Virus record (IMG/VR): IMGVR_UViG_3300020477_000014
Coordinates: 32,001-96,000 of that record
DNA length: 64,000 bases
Reading direction: 5' to 3' (one strand)
From: a virus
This document shows positions 1-9,501 of this stretch, piece after piece (position 1 is the first letter of the stretch; every line of letters starts with the position of its first letter). The position numbers and the translations under genes are program-made. The notes under the pieces were generated by a model that saw only the letters and a program-made list of their open reading frames with translations, made no database searches and was not told the origin of the DNA.

Positions 1-2
1 TC

Positions 3-1208
3 CTAAAAACAGGAAGATATAAATTTGTTTCTTTAGGGGGAGCAATCAAACATCCAGACTACCGCCCGATCATGGTGGAGGGTTATGGAGAAGATTGGGT
101 GATTCACCCCATCGATGGATATGGCAACGAAGAGCAGATCCGTTCTGTGATTCAGCACGAGAGACCAGATGTTCTGTGGTTCATGACAGATCCTCGTTTC
201 TATACTTGGTTGTGGGAAGTGGAAAATGAAGTGCGCCCCAATGTTCCAATGATGTATTATCATGTGTGGGATAATTTTCCCGCTCCACATTATAATGCTC
301 GCTTTTACCGCTCCACCGATTCGGTGGTGTGTATCTCTAAGGTAACTCATGAAATTCTTAAAGAGGTCGCTCCCACCGTGGACTCTTGTTATTTGCCGCA
401 TGCTGTAAACAACAATATATTTAGAAAATTTAAGAAAGTTGATGATAATTATGAAAAAATTGCTGGACTAAAGAACACTATCTTACACGAAGTGGCGCCA
501 GACAAGACGCTGCACAACAAAGATAAGAAAATCTTTTTTTGGAATAATCGAAACGCAAGGCGCAAACAGTCTGGTACACTTATTTGGTGGTTTAAAGAGT
601 GGCTTGACAAAGTGGGACACGACAAAGCTTGTTTAGTGATGCATACTGATGCTCGGGATCCTCATGGGCAAGATTTACCACACATCATCGAACAACTTGG
701 TCTACAAAAGGGACAAGTAATACTTTCCACAGGCAAAGTTTCACCAGAGGAATTGGCAAATTTATATAATATGGCAGACTTTACTATTAATATTTCTGAT
801 GCAGAAGGCTTCGGGCTAGCCACTTTAGAGTCTTTATCTTGTGGTACACCCATTATTGTTAACATGACTGGTGGCTTACAGGAACAAGTTACAGATGGAA
901 AAAATTGGTTTGGGTTCGGAATCGAACCTTCATCGAAAGCCGTTATTGGTTCTCTAGACGTCCCTTATATTTATGAAGATAGGTTATCACAAAAGGATTT
1001 TGAAGTTACTTTAACTAAAGCTCTTAATCTGTCAACCAAAGCATATAATAAAATGTCGATCCAAGGGCGCGAACATGTAAGAAAAAATTATAATTTTGAT
1101 AATTTTGAGAAACAATGGGTCAGTCTCATCGATGAGTTTATAGAAAAGCATGGCTCTTGGGACAACAGAAAAAATTATCAACGATGGCACTTAATGGAGG
1201 TTGCGTGA
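3..1208 (+). CDS. Glycosyltransferase, GT4-like (5'-partial)
   Basis: Frame is open from base 3 into the ATG at 72. GT-B C-terminal motifs NNRNARRK and ISDAEGFGLATLESLSCGTPII. Confidence 0.9.
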   Translation, partial: LKTGRYKFVSLGGAIKHPDYRPIMVEGYGEDWVIHPIDGYGNEEQIRSVIQHERPDVLWFMTDPRFYTWLWEVENEVRPNVPMMYYHVWDNFPAPHYNARFYRSTDSVVCISKVTHEILKEVAPTVDSCYLPHAVNNNIFRKFKKVDDNYEKIAGLKNTILHEVAPDKTLHNKDKKIFFWNNRNARRKQSGTLIWWFKEWLDKVGHDKACLVMHTDARDPHGQDLPHIIEQLGLQKGQVILSTGKVSPEELANLYNMADFTINISDAEGFGLATLESLSCGTPIIVNMTGGLQEQVTDGKNWFGFGIEPSSKAVIGSLDVPYIYEDRLSQKDFEVTLTKALNLSTKAYNKMSIQGREHVRKNYNFDNFEKQWVSLIDEFIEKHGSWDNRKNYQRWHLMEVA

Positions 1209-2458
1209 GAAAAAAAATACTAGTTAAGGGACCGGTCTTAACGCGTTCTGGATATGGAGAGCAATCAAGATTTTTATTGCGATCGTTGCGATCGCGAGAG
1301 GATCTCTTTGATATATACATACAACCAATCGATTGGGGCAAGACGTCTTGGTTGCCGGAATATGATGAAGAGCGCAATTGGATTGATTTTCGGATTAAGG
1401 AGACGATTGCCTATATTCAGTCTCAAAACCCTTTCGACATATCGGTTCAAGTCACCATCCCTAATGAATTTCAAGTTTTGGCTCCCATCAATATAGGATA
1501 TACGGCTGGAATAGAGACTAATAAGATTTCCCATGAATGGATTCAACATACTAATCAAATGGACAAGGTTATTGTTGTTTCTAATCATTCTAAAAAGATT
1601 TTCGAAACAACCACCTACGAGGCTACTCACAACCAAACCAATCAGCCTCTTGTTCTTAAGACTGAGAAACCAGTCGTGGCAGTTAATTATCCAGTAAAAC
1701 AGTATCAGTCTTTACCAGAGATAGAGTTGGATCTCAAGAATGATTTCAATTTTTTGTGTGTTGCTCAAATGGGCCCTCGAAAAAATATTTTCAATACTAT
1801 TCAGTGGTTTGTTCAAGAGTTTCATGATGACGAAGTAGGACTAGTTTTGAAGACAAATAAGGCACGAAATTGTCTTATAGATAGAGAATATATTTTCCAA
1901 GATCTCGTAGGGTTTTTAAATACAAAATTTCCCGATAGAAAATGTTCAGTTTATTTGTTGCATGGAGATATGACTGATGAGGAAATGCATTCTTTGTATA
2001 ATCATTCTAATATATCGGCTTTTGTATGCTTAAGTCATGGTGAGGGCTTCGGTCTCCCGTTTTTTGAAGCTGCTTATACAGGCATTCCTGTTGTTGCGCC
2101 GGGATATTCCGGACAAAATGATTTCTTGTTTGGTGAAACTGGAAAAGAAAATTTCTATAATGTTTCTTTTGATATGGCTCCAATTCCGGAAGAGGTGGTG
2201 TGGGATAAAATCTTAATTAAGGATTCTATGTGGGCAGTGCCCCGCGAACAAAGTGCAAAAGAAATGATGCGCCAATGTTATGAGGACGTCCAAAACAACA
2301 CTGGTATAGCTGCCAATAGCATACAATATTCAACAGAACTGCGTGAGCGATTTAATGCTGAGAAAATGTACGCTCAGATGGTTGATGCAATTGTGGATAA
2401 AGAGTCTGTAGAAAAAATGCAAGCTGACATTGATCAATTGTTGGAAGATTTATTATAA
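1205..2458 (+). CDS. Glycosyltransferase, GT4-like
   Basis: Likely GTG start at 1205 overlapping the upstream TGA (GTGA). Motifs GYGEQSR, GPRKN and SHGEGFGLPFFEAAYTGIPVV. Confidence 0.9.
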   Translation: MRKKILVKGPVLTRSGYGEQSRFLLRSLRSREDLFDIYIQPIDWGKTSWLPEYDEERNWIDFRIKETIAYIQSQNPFDISVQVTIPNEFQVLAPINIGYTAGIETNKISHEWIQHTNQMDKVIVVSNHSKKIFETTTYEATHNQTNQPLVLKTEKPVVAVNYPVKQYQSLPEIELDLKNDFNFLCVAQMGPRKNIFNTIQWFVQEFHDDEVGLVLKTNKARNCLIDREYIFQDLVGFLNTKFPDRKCSVYLLHGDMTDEEMHSLYNHSNISAFVCLSHGEGFGLPFFEAAYTGIPVVAPGYSGQNDFLFGETGKENFYNVSFDMAPIPEEVVWDKILIKDSMWAVPREQSAKEMMRQCYEDVQNNTGIAANSIQYSTELRERFNAEKMYAQMVDAIVDKESVEKMQADIDQLLEDLL

Positions 2459-3316
2459 ATGTCTCAAGTTATATTTTTGTCCGATATGTTTGTGGAACAA
2501 TACGCCGGCGGAGCAGAGCTTACTAGTGAATCTATCATTAAGGCTGCTCCCGAAGGCATTATTATTAAGAAAATTCTTACTTCTACTTTGACGCAGAGGA
2601 TGATCGATCATCATAAAGAGTATTTGTGGGTAATTTGCAATTTTGCTGGCTTATCGGATGAGTTTAAAATATATTTTTGTAAGAATAAGATATCTTATAC
2701 TATTATTGAATATGATTATAAATTTTGTAAATATCGCTCCATGGAGAAACATGAGTATGCAGAGGGAAAAGCATGCGATTGTAATGAACTCCCGTTTGGT
2801 AAAATTAATAAAATATTTTATGGATATGCAAAACAGATTTGGTTTATGAGTGCCAAACAACAAAATATTTTTCACGATAAAGTACAGACTATTAAAGAAG
2901 AAAATACCAGCGTGTTGTCTTCTATTTTTGCCGATGGCGATTTGAGGTTTATTGACAACATTCGTCATAATGAAAAGAATTCTAAATATATTATTTTGCA
3001 ATCTCCTTCTTGGATCAAGGGAACAGGAGAGTGTGTAGAATATGCTAAATCTCATAATTTGGATTTTGATTTGGTCCATAATCTACCGTATCCCGAGTTG
3101 TTGATAAAACTCTCTCAATCCCGCGGACTTATATTTAGACCTTTAGGGGGAGACACATGCCCTCGAATTGTGATTGAGGCAAAGTTGCTGGGTTGCGAAT
3201 TGGTTTTAAATGGAAACGTGCAACACAAAGACGAAAAATGGTTCAATGCCAGCTATGAAGAGATGGTTGCCTATCTTAAAGGTCGTGCTAGTGTTTTTTG
3301 GAAGCATTATGAATAA
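2459..3316 (+). CDS. Divergent GT-B (GT4-like) glycosyltransferase
   Basis: N-terminal GGAELT and C-terminal GGDTCPRIVIEAKLLGCEL, a variant of the E-x-F-G...EA...G motif. Confidence 0.7.
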   Translation: MSQVIFLSDMFVEQYAGGAELTSESIIKAAPEGIIIKKILTSTLTQRMIDHHKEYLWVICNFAGLSDEFKIYFCKNKISYTIIEYDYKFCKYRSMEKHEYAEGKACDCNELPFGKINKIFYGYAKQIWFMSAKQQNIFHDKVQTIKEENTSVLSSIFADGDLRFIDNIRHNEKNSKYIILQSPSWIKGTGECVEYAKSHNLDFDLVHNLPYPELLIKLSQSRGLIFRPLGGDTCPRIVIEAKLLGCELVLNGNVQHKDEKWFNASYEEMVAYLKGRASVFWKHYE

Positions 3317-3998
3317 GAAAACTATAATTTTAATGGGGAACGGTCCATCCCTGAAGGACGTAGACTTTTCGTTGTTAGATGGTTACGATACTTTTGGTCT
3401 CAATTCGGCATATCGCGCATATGAAAGAATGGACTGGTGGCCTACTTATCACGGCTGTTTTGATTATAGAGTTACAGATAATCATAGGAGCAAATTCGAG
3501 GACTTGATAACCAACAGTCCTATTAAGAAATGTTTCTATATTCGTGATTTTGGAACAAATGATGGGTTTCAATATGTAAACTTGCAACAATATGGTACAA
3601 CGCAAAAGTTCAATAATTCGCTAGCTGATTTTGATTCATTTCATGATAATGGAAATTCAGGCGCCAATGCTAGTTCAGCGGCTGTTTGCATGGGTTACAA
3701 TAGGATCATACTTTTGGGCGTAGATTGCAATTATGTAGAATTCGTCGACGGCTCCCAACGAGATGGTCCGGGGCTGAAAATGGAGAAAACGCCCGAACAT
3801 AATCCTAATTATTGGTTTGATGATTACCAGCAAAAGGGCGATGAATACAATATTCCTCGAGGGATGGATTTTCATATGCCTACCTGGAATGCGTTTGCTT
3901 ACAATGCTGCTCATAATAATATAGAAGTCATTAATTGCAGCCCCATTACCACCTTAAGGTGCTTTAAGAGAATGAACATAGAGGAAGCGCTAAGGTGA
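3309..3998 (+). CDS. CstII (GT42)/DUF115 Maf-like sialyltransferase-fold protein
   Basis: ATG at 3309 overlaps the upstream stop. IILMGNGPSLK, FGLN and IILLGVDC match the CstII-type GNGPSL / N / GxD motifs. Confidence 0.7.
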   Translation: MNKKTIILMGNGPSLKDVDFSLLDGYDTFGLNSAYRAYERMDWWPTYHGCFDYRVTDNHRSKFEDLITNSPIKKCFYIRDFGTNDGFQYVNLQQYGTTQKFNNSLADFDSFHDNGNSGANASSAAVCMGYNRIILLGVDCNYVEFVDGSQRDGPGLKMEKTPEHNPNYWFDDYQQKGDEYNIPRGMDFHMPTWNAFAYNAAHNNIEVINCSPITTLRCFKRMNIEEALR

Positions 3999-4405
3999 TA
4001 AGGATTTATTCAAAAATAGAACCAGATTTATTATTACATGTGATCAATAGATTCTCTGAGATTGACGGTCGAACTGAAGTTATTCCGGCAGATAATTTTT
4101 TACAATGCGCTACACTGAAGATGGAGAAGGGTAAAACTTTTGCCCCTCATTATCATATAAAAAAGGAAAGAACCTATACCGAACAAATTGCACAAGAATC
4201 GTGGATTGTAGTAAGGGGTGCTGTCAAATGTATATTGTATGACATAGATCACACTATTGTAGCCACTCCGATATTGTATGCTGGAGATGCAAGCTACACA
4301 TTGCATGGAGGGCACACTTATGAGATTCTGGAACACGATACAATAGTTTATGAATATAAGACGGGACCCTATGAAGGGCAAAAGTTCGATAAGGTGTTGA
4401 TATGA
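3995..4405 (+). CDS. Cupin-fold metalloprotein (sugar isomerase/epimerase-like)
   Basis: PHYH...QESWIVVRG...GGHTY cupin metal ligands, in a sugar cluster. Confidence 0.65.
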   Translation: MIRIYSKIEPDLLLHVINRFSEIDGRTEVIPADNFLQCATLKMEKGKTFAPHYHIKKERTYTEQIAQESWIVVRGAVKCILYDIDHTIVATPILYAGDASYTLHGGHTYEILEHDTIVYEYKTGPYEGQKFDKVLI

Positions 4406-4944
4406 TTAAAATAAATATGGGCTGTGGGTGGAGAAATTTTGGCAATGATTGGACCCATATCGATGCCGGCAACTATGATCATTTGAATTATAAAAGTATA
4501 ATAAACTTAAGTCAATTTCAAGACAATTCTGTTGGTTTAATTTACTCTTCTCATGTTATTGAATATTTTGATCGTACAGAAGTGATCCCTTTATTACAAG
4601 AGTGGAAAAGAATTTTGAACAAGGGTGGCACTCTAAGAATAGCAGTCCCTAATTTTGAAGCTATCGCTACTTTATATTCAAAAGGAAAAATTCCCCTTGA
4701 TAGAGTCTTGGGTCCACTTTACGGAAGAATGCAGATGTCTGATTGCACGATTTATCACAAAACAGTTTATGATTTCGTTTCTTTGAAAGAATTATTAGTG
4801 GAGCTTGGTTTTTCAAAAGTAAAAAAATATAATTGGCGGAAAACGGATCATGCCATATTTGACGATTATTCCCAAGCATATCTTCCCCACATGGATAAAG
4901 AAAATGGAACTTTAATAAGTTTAAATGTTGAGTGTGTTAAATGA
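4402..4944 (+). CDS. Class I SAM-dependent methyltransferase (Methyltransf_11-like)
   Basis: INMGCG motif I, SSHVIEYF, EWKRILNKGGTLRIAVP. Confidence 0.85.
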   Translation: MIKINMGCGWRNFGNDWTHIDAGNYDHLNYKSIINLSQFQDNSVGLIYSSHVIEYFDRTEVIPLLQEWKRILNKGGTLRIAVPNFEAIATLYSKGKIPLDRVLGPLYGRMQMSDCTIYHKTVYDFVSLKELLVELGFSKVKKYNWRKTDHAIFDDYSQAYLPHMDKENGTLISLNVECVK

Positions 4945-5534
4945 GTTTTGAGATAATTCAAAAATTTGAAAAAGAGATTGCTCGTTTTTATGGAGCCCCA
5001 TATGCTGTAGCTGTCGATTGTTGCACTCATGCAATCGAACTTTGCCTAAGACAGCAAAGCATAAAGCACTACACAGTTCCCAAAAGAACTTATATATCTG
5101 TTCCGTTTTTGGCTGATAAATTAGGCATAAACTTTGATTGGCGAAATGAGGAATGGCAAGATTATTATTACCTCGGAGGGACAAATATTATCGATGCTGC
5201 GGTTCTTTGGAGAGAGAATTCTTATATACCAAACACCTTTATGTGTGTTAGTTTTCAATATAGAAAACATTTATCTTTAGGAAGGGGAGGAATTATCTTG
5301 ACAGATAACAAAAAAGATGTTATATTATTAAAAAAGATGTCTTATGATGGTCGCTTGCCTGATGTTCCCTGGCGGGAACAGGACATTGACACAATGGGGT
5401 ATCACTATTACATGACACCGGAAACAGCAAATCTTGGTTTGCAAAAATTACCAAATGCCATAAAAACAAAACCAAAACAATGGATAGTGACAGATTGGCC
5501 AGATTTAACAAAAATGGAGATTTTTAAAAAATGA
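4941..5534 (+). CDS. Short DegT/DnrJ/EryC1/StrS-family PLP aminotransferase
   Basis: FEKEIARFYGAPYAVAVDCCTHAIEL, IIDAA (PLP Asp) and SFQYRKHLSLGRGG (Schiff-base Lys). Only 197 aa. Confidence 0.8.
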   Translation: MSFEIIQKFEKEIARFYGAPYAVAVDCCTHAIELCLRQQSIKHYTVPKRTYISVPFLADKLGINFDWRNEEWQDYYYLGGTNIIDAAVLWRENSYIPNTFMCVSFQYRKHLSLGRGGIILTDNKKDVILLKKMSYDGRLPDVPWREQDIDTMGYHYYMTPETANLGLQKLPNAIKTKPKQWIVTDWPDLTKMEIFKK

Positions 5535-6502
5535 AAAAAGCTTTAATTACCGGTATTGCCGGTCAAGACGGAAGCTATCTAACAGAACACTTGCTTTCCA
5601 TGGGATATGAAGTTCATGGTATAGTTCGACGGCATTCGGTGGCAGAGAATCAAAATTTTCGCTTACACCGATTAGGATCCGAACCTAATGTGTACACTTA
5701 TTATGGTGATTTGCTGGATTACCCTTCACTAGTTAGAATAATTTCGATAGTGAAGCCAGACGAGATTTATAATCTTGGTGCCATGAGTCACGTAAGGGTT
5801 AGTTTCGATATGCCTTCTTTTACAATTCAAACAAACGCCTTGGGTGTTTTAAACATGCTTGAAGTTTACAGAACTCTTTCCCCGGAAGCGAAATTCTATC
5901 AAGCTAGTTCTTCTGAGATGTTCGGAAACTCAGTTGATTCTGACGGTGTTCAGAGGCTTACTACTCCTATGAACCCAGTCAGCCCCTATGGGTGCGCTAA
6001 AGTTATGGGGTATAATTTAGTTAGACACTATCGACATGCTTACAAATTACATGCATGCAATGGAATTCTATTTAATCACGAATCCCCCCGACGAGGCTCT
6101 AACTTTGTGACCAATAAGGTTGTCAAAGGAGCCGTCTCTATCAAGAAGGGACTTCAAGACAAACTTGAGCTTGGCAATATGGACTCATCCCGGGATTGGG
6201 GTCATTCAAAAGATTATGTTAAGGCTATGCACATGATAATAAACCATGACACCCCCGAAGAATTTATTGTTGCAACCGGAGAAACACACTCAGTGAGAGA
6301 TTTGTGCGATGTGGTATTTTCTAAATTGGGAATGAACTATGCAGATTATATTGTTCAAAATCCGAAATATATGAGACCAGAAGAATTGAGATATCTAAAG
6401 GGAGACCCCTCGAAGGCTCATACAGTCTTGGGGTGGAAGCCAGAATATACTTTTGAAACAATGATAGAGGAAATGATCGAAAGATGGGAAAAAGAACTAT
6501 AA
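5531..6502 (+). CDS. gmd: GDP-mannose 4,6-dehydratase
   Basis: KKALITGIAGQDGSYL, YNLGAMSHV, FYQASSSEMFG, SPYGCAK, GILFNHESPRRG, RDWGH. Confidence 0.96.
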   Translation: MKKALITGIAGQDGSYLTEHLLSMGYEVHGIVRRHSVAENQNFRLHRLGSEPNVYTYYGDLLDYPSLVRIISIVKPDEIYNLGAMSHVRVSFDMPSFTIQTNALGVLNMLEVYRTLSPEAKFYQASSSEMFGNSVDSDGVQRLTTPMNPVSPYGCAKVMGYNLVRHYRHAYKLHACNGILFNHESPRRGSNFVTNKVVKGAVSIKKGLQDKLELGNMDSSRDWGHSKDYVKAMHMIINHDTPEEFIVATGETHSVRDLCDVVFSKLGMNYADYIVQNPKYMRPEELRYLKGDPSKAHTVLGWKPEYTFETMIEEMIERWEKEL

Positions 6503-6714
6503 AGAAATTCAACCGCGGCGACTTGGTGAAATGGTATGAGGTATACAATGATGTCTACATTACCAAAGATTATGGAACCGGAATCGTGATGGAGAGAATG
6601 GAACAAAATTACGGCTTCATCGATGGACCGGTTACTACCTACAGGGTATATAGATTAAAATATAGTGATATTGTTTTGTATGGGTCGGACTTAATAGAGG
6701 AAATAAATGAATAA
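6484..6714 (+). CDS. Small hypothetical protein (SH3/KOW-like GDLVKW motif)
   Basis: Fills the gap between gmd and the next gene with overlaps at both ends. FNRGDLVKW...GIV pattern. Start uncertain. Confidence 0.5.
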   Translation: MGKRTIKKFNRGDLVKWYEVYNDVYITKDYGTGIVMERMEQNYGFIDGPVTTYRVYRLKYSDIVLYGSDLIEEINE

Positions 6715-8371
6715 AAGATTATGCGTGTTGCAGGTCACTCCTACCGAACCTAATAGGGATCATATCGAATTATTTCACAATAAAAAAGATTGTGATTTTT
6801 ATTTTGTAACACATGATAGCCAACATGCTGATGCATTAAAATTTTGTCCCAACACTACGTGGACAGATACAAGAAATATATTAGCTGAAATGGTTCCTAA
6901 AAAATATGATTATTATGCTTTTGTGGATTATGATTATCGTTTTCATCCCCAAGGCGATCTTGGGGTACTTGAGCAGATATTGTCTGATTTAGAACATTTC
7001 AATCCAGCAGTTTTGACTTGTTATCCGGGTTCTGGGCTTATAACTCCCTTTGCTTCCGATATGGATTATAAAAACAAACATACCCACTCTGTAATACCTT
7101 TTACGCATTGTGGAATGAAGGTGGTCCACCATAGCCTTATGAATTGGTTTTTCCCAATGGTTACGAAATTTGGTGGTGGAGTGGAAGCATGTCATCTTTT
7201 TAACATAATGGAGCTTCCTTTTTTGCAAAATATTGTTTGCACTCATCAAATTGTATATGATAATGGAGTTACTGACATGAATGCGCCACACAATCGCGAT
7301 GGTGCACAATCTAAATTGAACATGGACAAGATGTGGTCATGGTTGTATCCTTATTTTAACAAAAGAAAAACCCTAAGAGATAAAGAAGTAAAACTCAGGT
7401 GGGGCGACAGTATCCCAACACGTATCGAGGAATACACTTCATATACTAATTCACTAACAATTAAAGAGACGTACGTCGGCTTATTGACTGGAAAAGTGAT
7501 TCCCAGTCCGGCAGAAAAAGAGGTAGATTATTACAGTTTAAAATATAAAGATAAAATTAAGAAGTTTTTCGATATAAATCATGAACATTTTGCTCCCAAA
7601 TTTGGAAATCTAAAATCTAGAAATGATACAATTGTTATTGTAGGAAATGGACCTTCTTTAAAAGAGGAATATTTCGAGATTTTACGACGCGATGATATTG
7701 ATACTTTCGGATTGAACGTTGCATATCGTTTTTTTGAGAAGATGAATTGGTATCCTAAGTTTTATGGATGTTTTGATTACGCTGCCACGAACACCCACAG
7801 ATCCAGTATTGCCTCTTTTATACGAGATAAGGATTGTCCTATAGAAAAGTTTTTCTTATTGGAAAGACCTAGTATCGAGGCAAGACTAAGCAACACTAAG
7901 TTGTATTTCGATGAGGACGTCCGCGGCGATCGTAAATATGTAGAAAGACCCCATAATCAAGACGGAATCGGATGGCCCACGTGGGGCACCAGGAATAATA
8001 AGATATCTTGCACGGGCGCAAATGCAATTCGCACCGCAATGGAATTAGGATACAAAAAGATTATTTTAATTGGTCATGATGCCAGCTACACTCCTTCGAA
8101 AAAAATCGAGGGACATTCTCAAGTATCGTCGGACAGATATGAGGTGACGGAAAAATCTCAAAATCCTAATTATTTTTGGCAAGATTATTACGAGAAGGGA
8201 GATATTTATAATAAGCCGGGGGATGCATTACCTGCATGGAAAAATATGGCTGATTGTGTAAGCCAAACTTATCCACATGTGGATGTAGTTAATTGCTCGA
8301 AGAACTCTAGAGTAACTTTTTTTCGGTTTGGTGAGTTTTTTAAAGAGATTGGGGTAAAAAATGAAGACTAA
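6707..8371 (+). CDS. Two-domain glycosyltransferase: N-terminal GT-A-like plus C-terminal CstII/DUF115-like
   Basis: N-terminal YAFVDYD (DxD). From about 7620, IVIVGNGPSLK, FGLNVAYR and IILIGHD form a clear paralog of 3309-3998. Confidence 0.7.
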   Translation: MNKRLCVLQVTPTEPNRDHIELFHNKKDCDFYFVTHDSQHADALKFCPNTTWTDTRNILAEMVPKKYDYYAFVDYDYRFHPQGDLGVLEQILSDLEHFNPAVLTCYPGSGLITPFASDMDYKNKHTHSVIPFTHCGMKVVHHSLMNWFFPMVTKFGGGVEACHLFNIMELPFLQNIVCTHQIVYDNGVTDMNAPHNRDGAQSKLNMDKMWSWLYPYFNKRKTLRDKEVKLRWGDSIPTRIEEYTSYTNSLTIKETYVGLLTGKVIPSPAEKEVDYYSLKYKDKIKKFFDINHEHFAPKFGNLKSRNDTIVIVGNGPSLKEEYFEILRRDDIDTFGLNVAYRFFEKMNWYPKFYGCFDYAATNTHRSSIASFIRDKDCPIEKFFLLERPSIEARLSNTKLYFDEDVRGDRKYVERPHNQDGIGWPTWGTRNNKISCTGANAIRTAMELGYKKIILIGHDASYTPSKKIEGHSQVSSDRYEVTEKSQNPNYFWQDYYEKGDIYNKPGDALPAWKNMADCVSQTYPHVDVVNCSKNSRVTFFRFGEFFKEIGVKNED

Positions 8372-8795
8372 AAACGATAGTGATCTAAAGAGAGTGCTGG
8401 AAAAGGACGGCGTTCATTGTTTGGAATTAAAGAAATATGAAAATTGTTCTACTATAAATTTAGCTGAATTGAGAGAAGATTTGGGCATGGGGTCTTGGGC
8501 AGTGAGAATTGCTTACAACGATCTTTTTGGTGGAGTAGTCATTCAGCAACAGCCCGGCGAGGGAAATCGAAAACACTTCCATCATGATGCAGACGAGAAT
8601 TGGGTAATTTTAGATGGAGAGTGGGAATGGTGGATTGATGGCATTGGAAAACGCCGAGTGAAACAACATGATATAATAGTAGTGCCCCGAGGCGTTTGGC
8701 ACCAAATAACGTGCATAGGAGATTCGCCAGGAGTACGGTATGCAATTACACGACCGGATGTAGACCATGTATACGAAGACAACAACGATAAATAA
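8361..8795 (+). CDS. Cupin domain protein
   Basis: KHFHHDADENWVILDGE...VVPRGVWHQI cupin_2 motifs. Confidence 0.85.
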   Translation: MKTKNDSDLKRVLEKDGVHCLELKKYENCSTINLAELREDLGMGSWAVRIAYNDLFGGVVIQQQPGEGNRKHFHHDADENWVILDGEWEWWIDGIGKRRVKQHDIIVVPRGVWHQITCIGDSPGVRYAITRPDVDHVYEDNNDK

Positions 8796-9501
8796 TATTA
8801 CTTTTAATTATTCTAACAAGATTGTGGTAGTAGTAGGGGGATCCCGTGGCATTGGCAAGGAAATCTGCAAGCAATTTGTTTTGGCTGGCGCTACGGTCTA
8901 TTGTTTATCACGAACGCCGCTTAATACAAAAGGAGTGACACACATTGTGTGTGATATATCTATCGAGAAAGATATTGACAAAGCTATCGCACAATTGGAG
9001 TCTATTGATTTTTTGATTAATGTAGCCGGCACCAACTTATGTGAGCCGATTGAAAATATAACAACCACAGAATGGGACCGGCTGATGAACACGAATTTGA
9101 AATCGTTTTTTTTGATTTCTAAAAAGGTGATTCCTTTGATGAAGGAGAAGAATTCCGGTCGCATTGTTAATGTCTCTTCTATTGCCGGCAGACATAAGAG
9201 CGTGGTTAGCGGCGTACATTATACATCTAGCAAATATGGTATTGTGGGATTAACTAAGCAGTTGGCACATGAGGTATCTCGATATAATATTTTGGTAAAC
9301 TGCGTGTGCCCAAGCCAAACAAGAACTGAAATGTTGGAAGCTTCCATGACTGAGGAACAGTTGCATAATTTAGAAAAACAAATTCCTGTACGTCGAATTG
9401 CTACCACTGTTGAGCAATCGTTACCTGTGTTGTTTCTTTGTTCTGATGGTGCTTCTTACATTAGTGGCGCTACAATCGATATTAACGGGGGTCAATTCTA
9501 A
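8767..9501 (+). CDS. Classical SDR oxidoreductase
   Basis: GGSRGIG, INVAG, VNVSS, YTSSK (YxxxK), VNCVCP, IDINGG. Confidence 0.92.
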   Translation: MYTKTTTINNITFNYSNKIVVVVGGSRGIGKEICKQFVLAGATVYCLSRTPLNTKGVTHIVCDISIEKDIDKAIAQLESIDFLINVAGTNLCEPIENITTTEWDRLMNTNLKSFFLISKKVIPLMKEKNSGRIVNVSSIAGRHKSVVSGVHYTSSKYGIVGLTKQLAHEVSRYNILVNCVCPSQTRTEMLEASMTEEQLHNLEKQIPVRRIATTVEQSLPVLFLCSDGASYISGATIDINGGQF

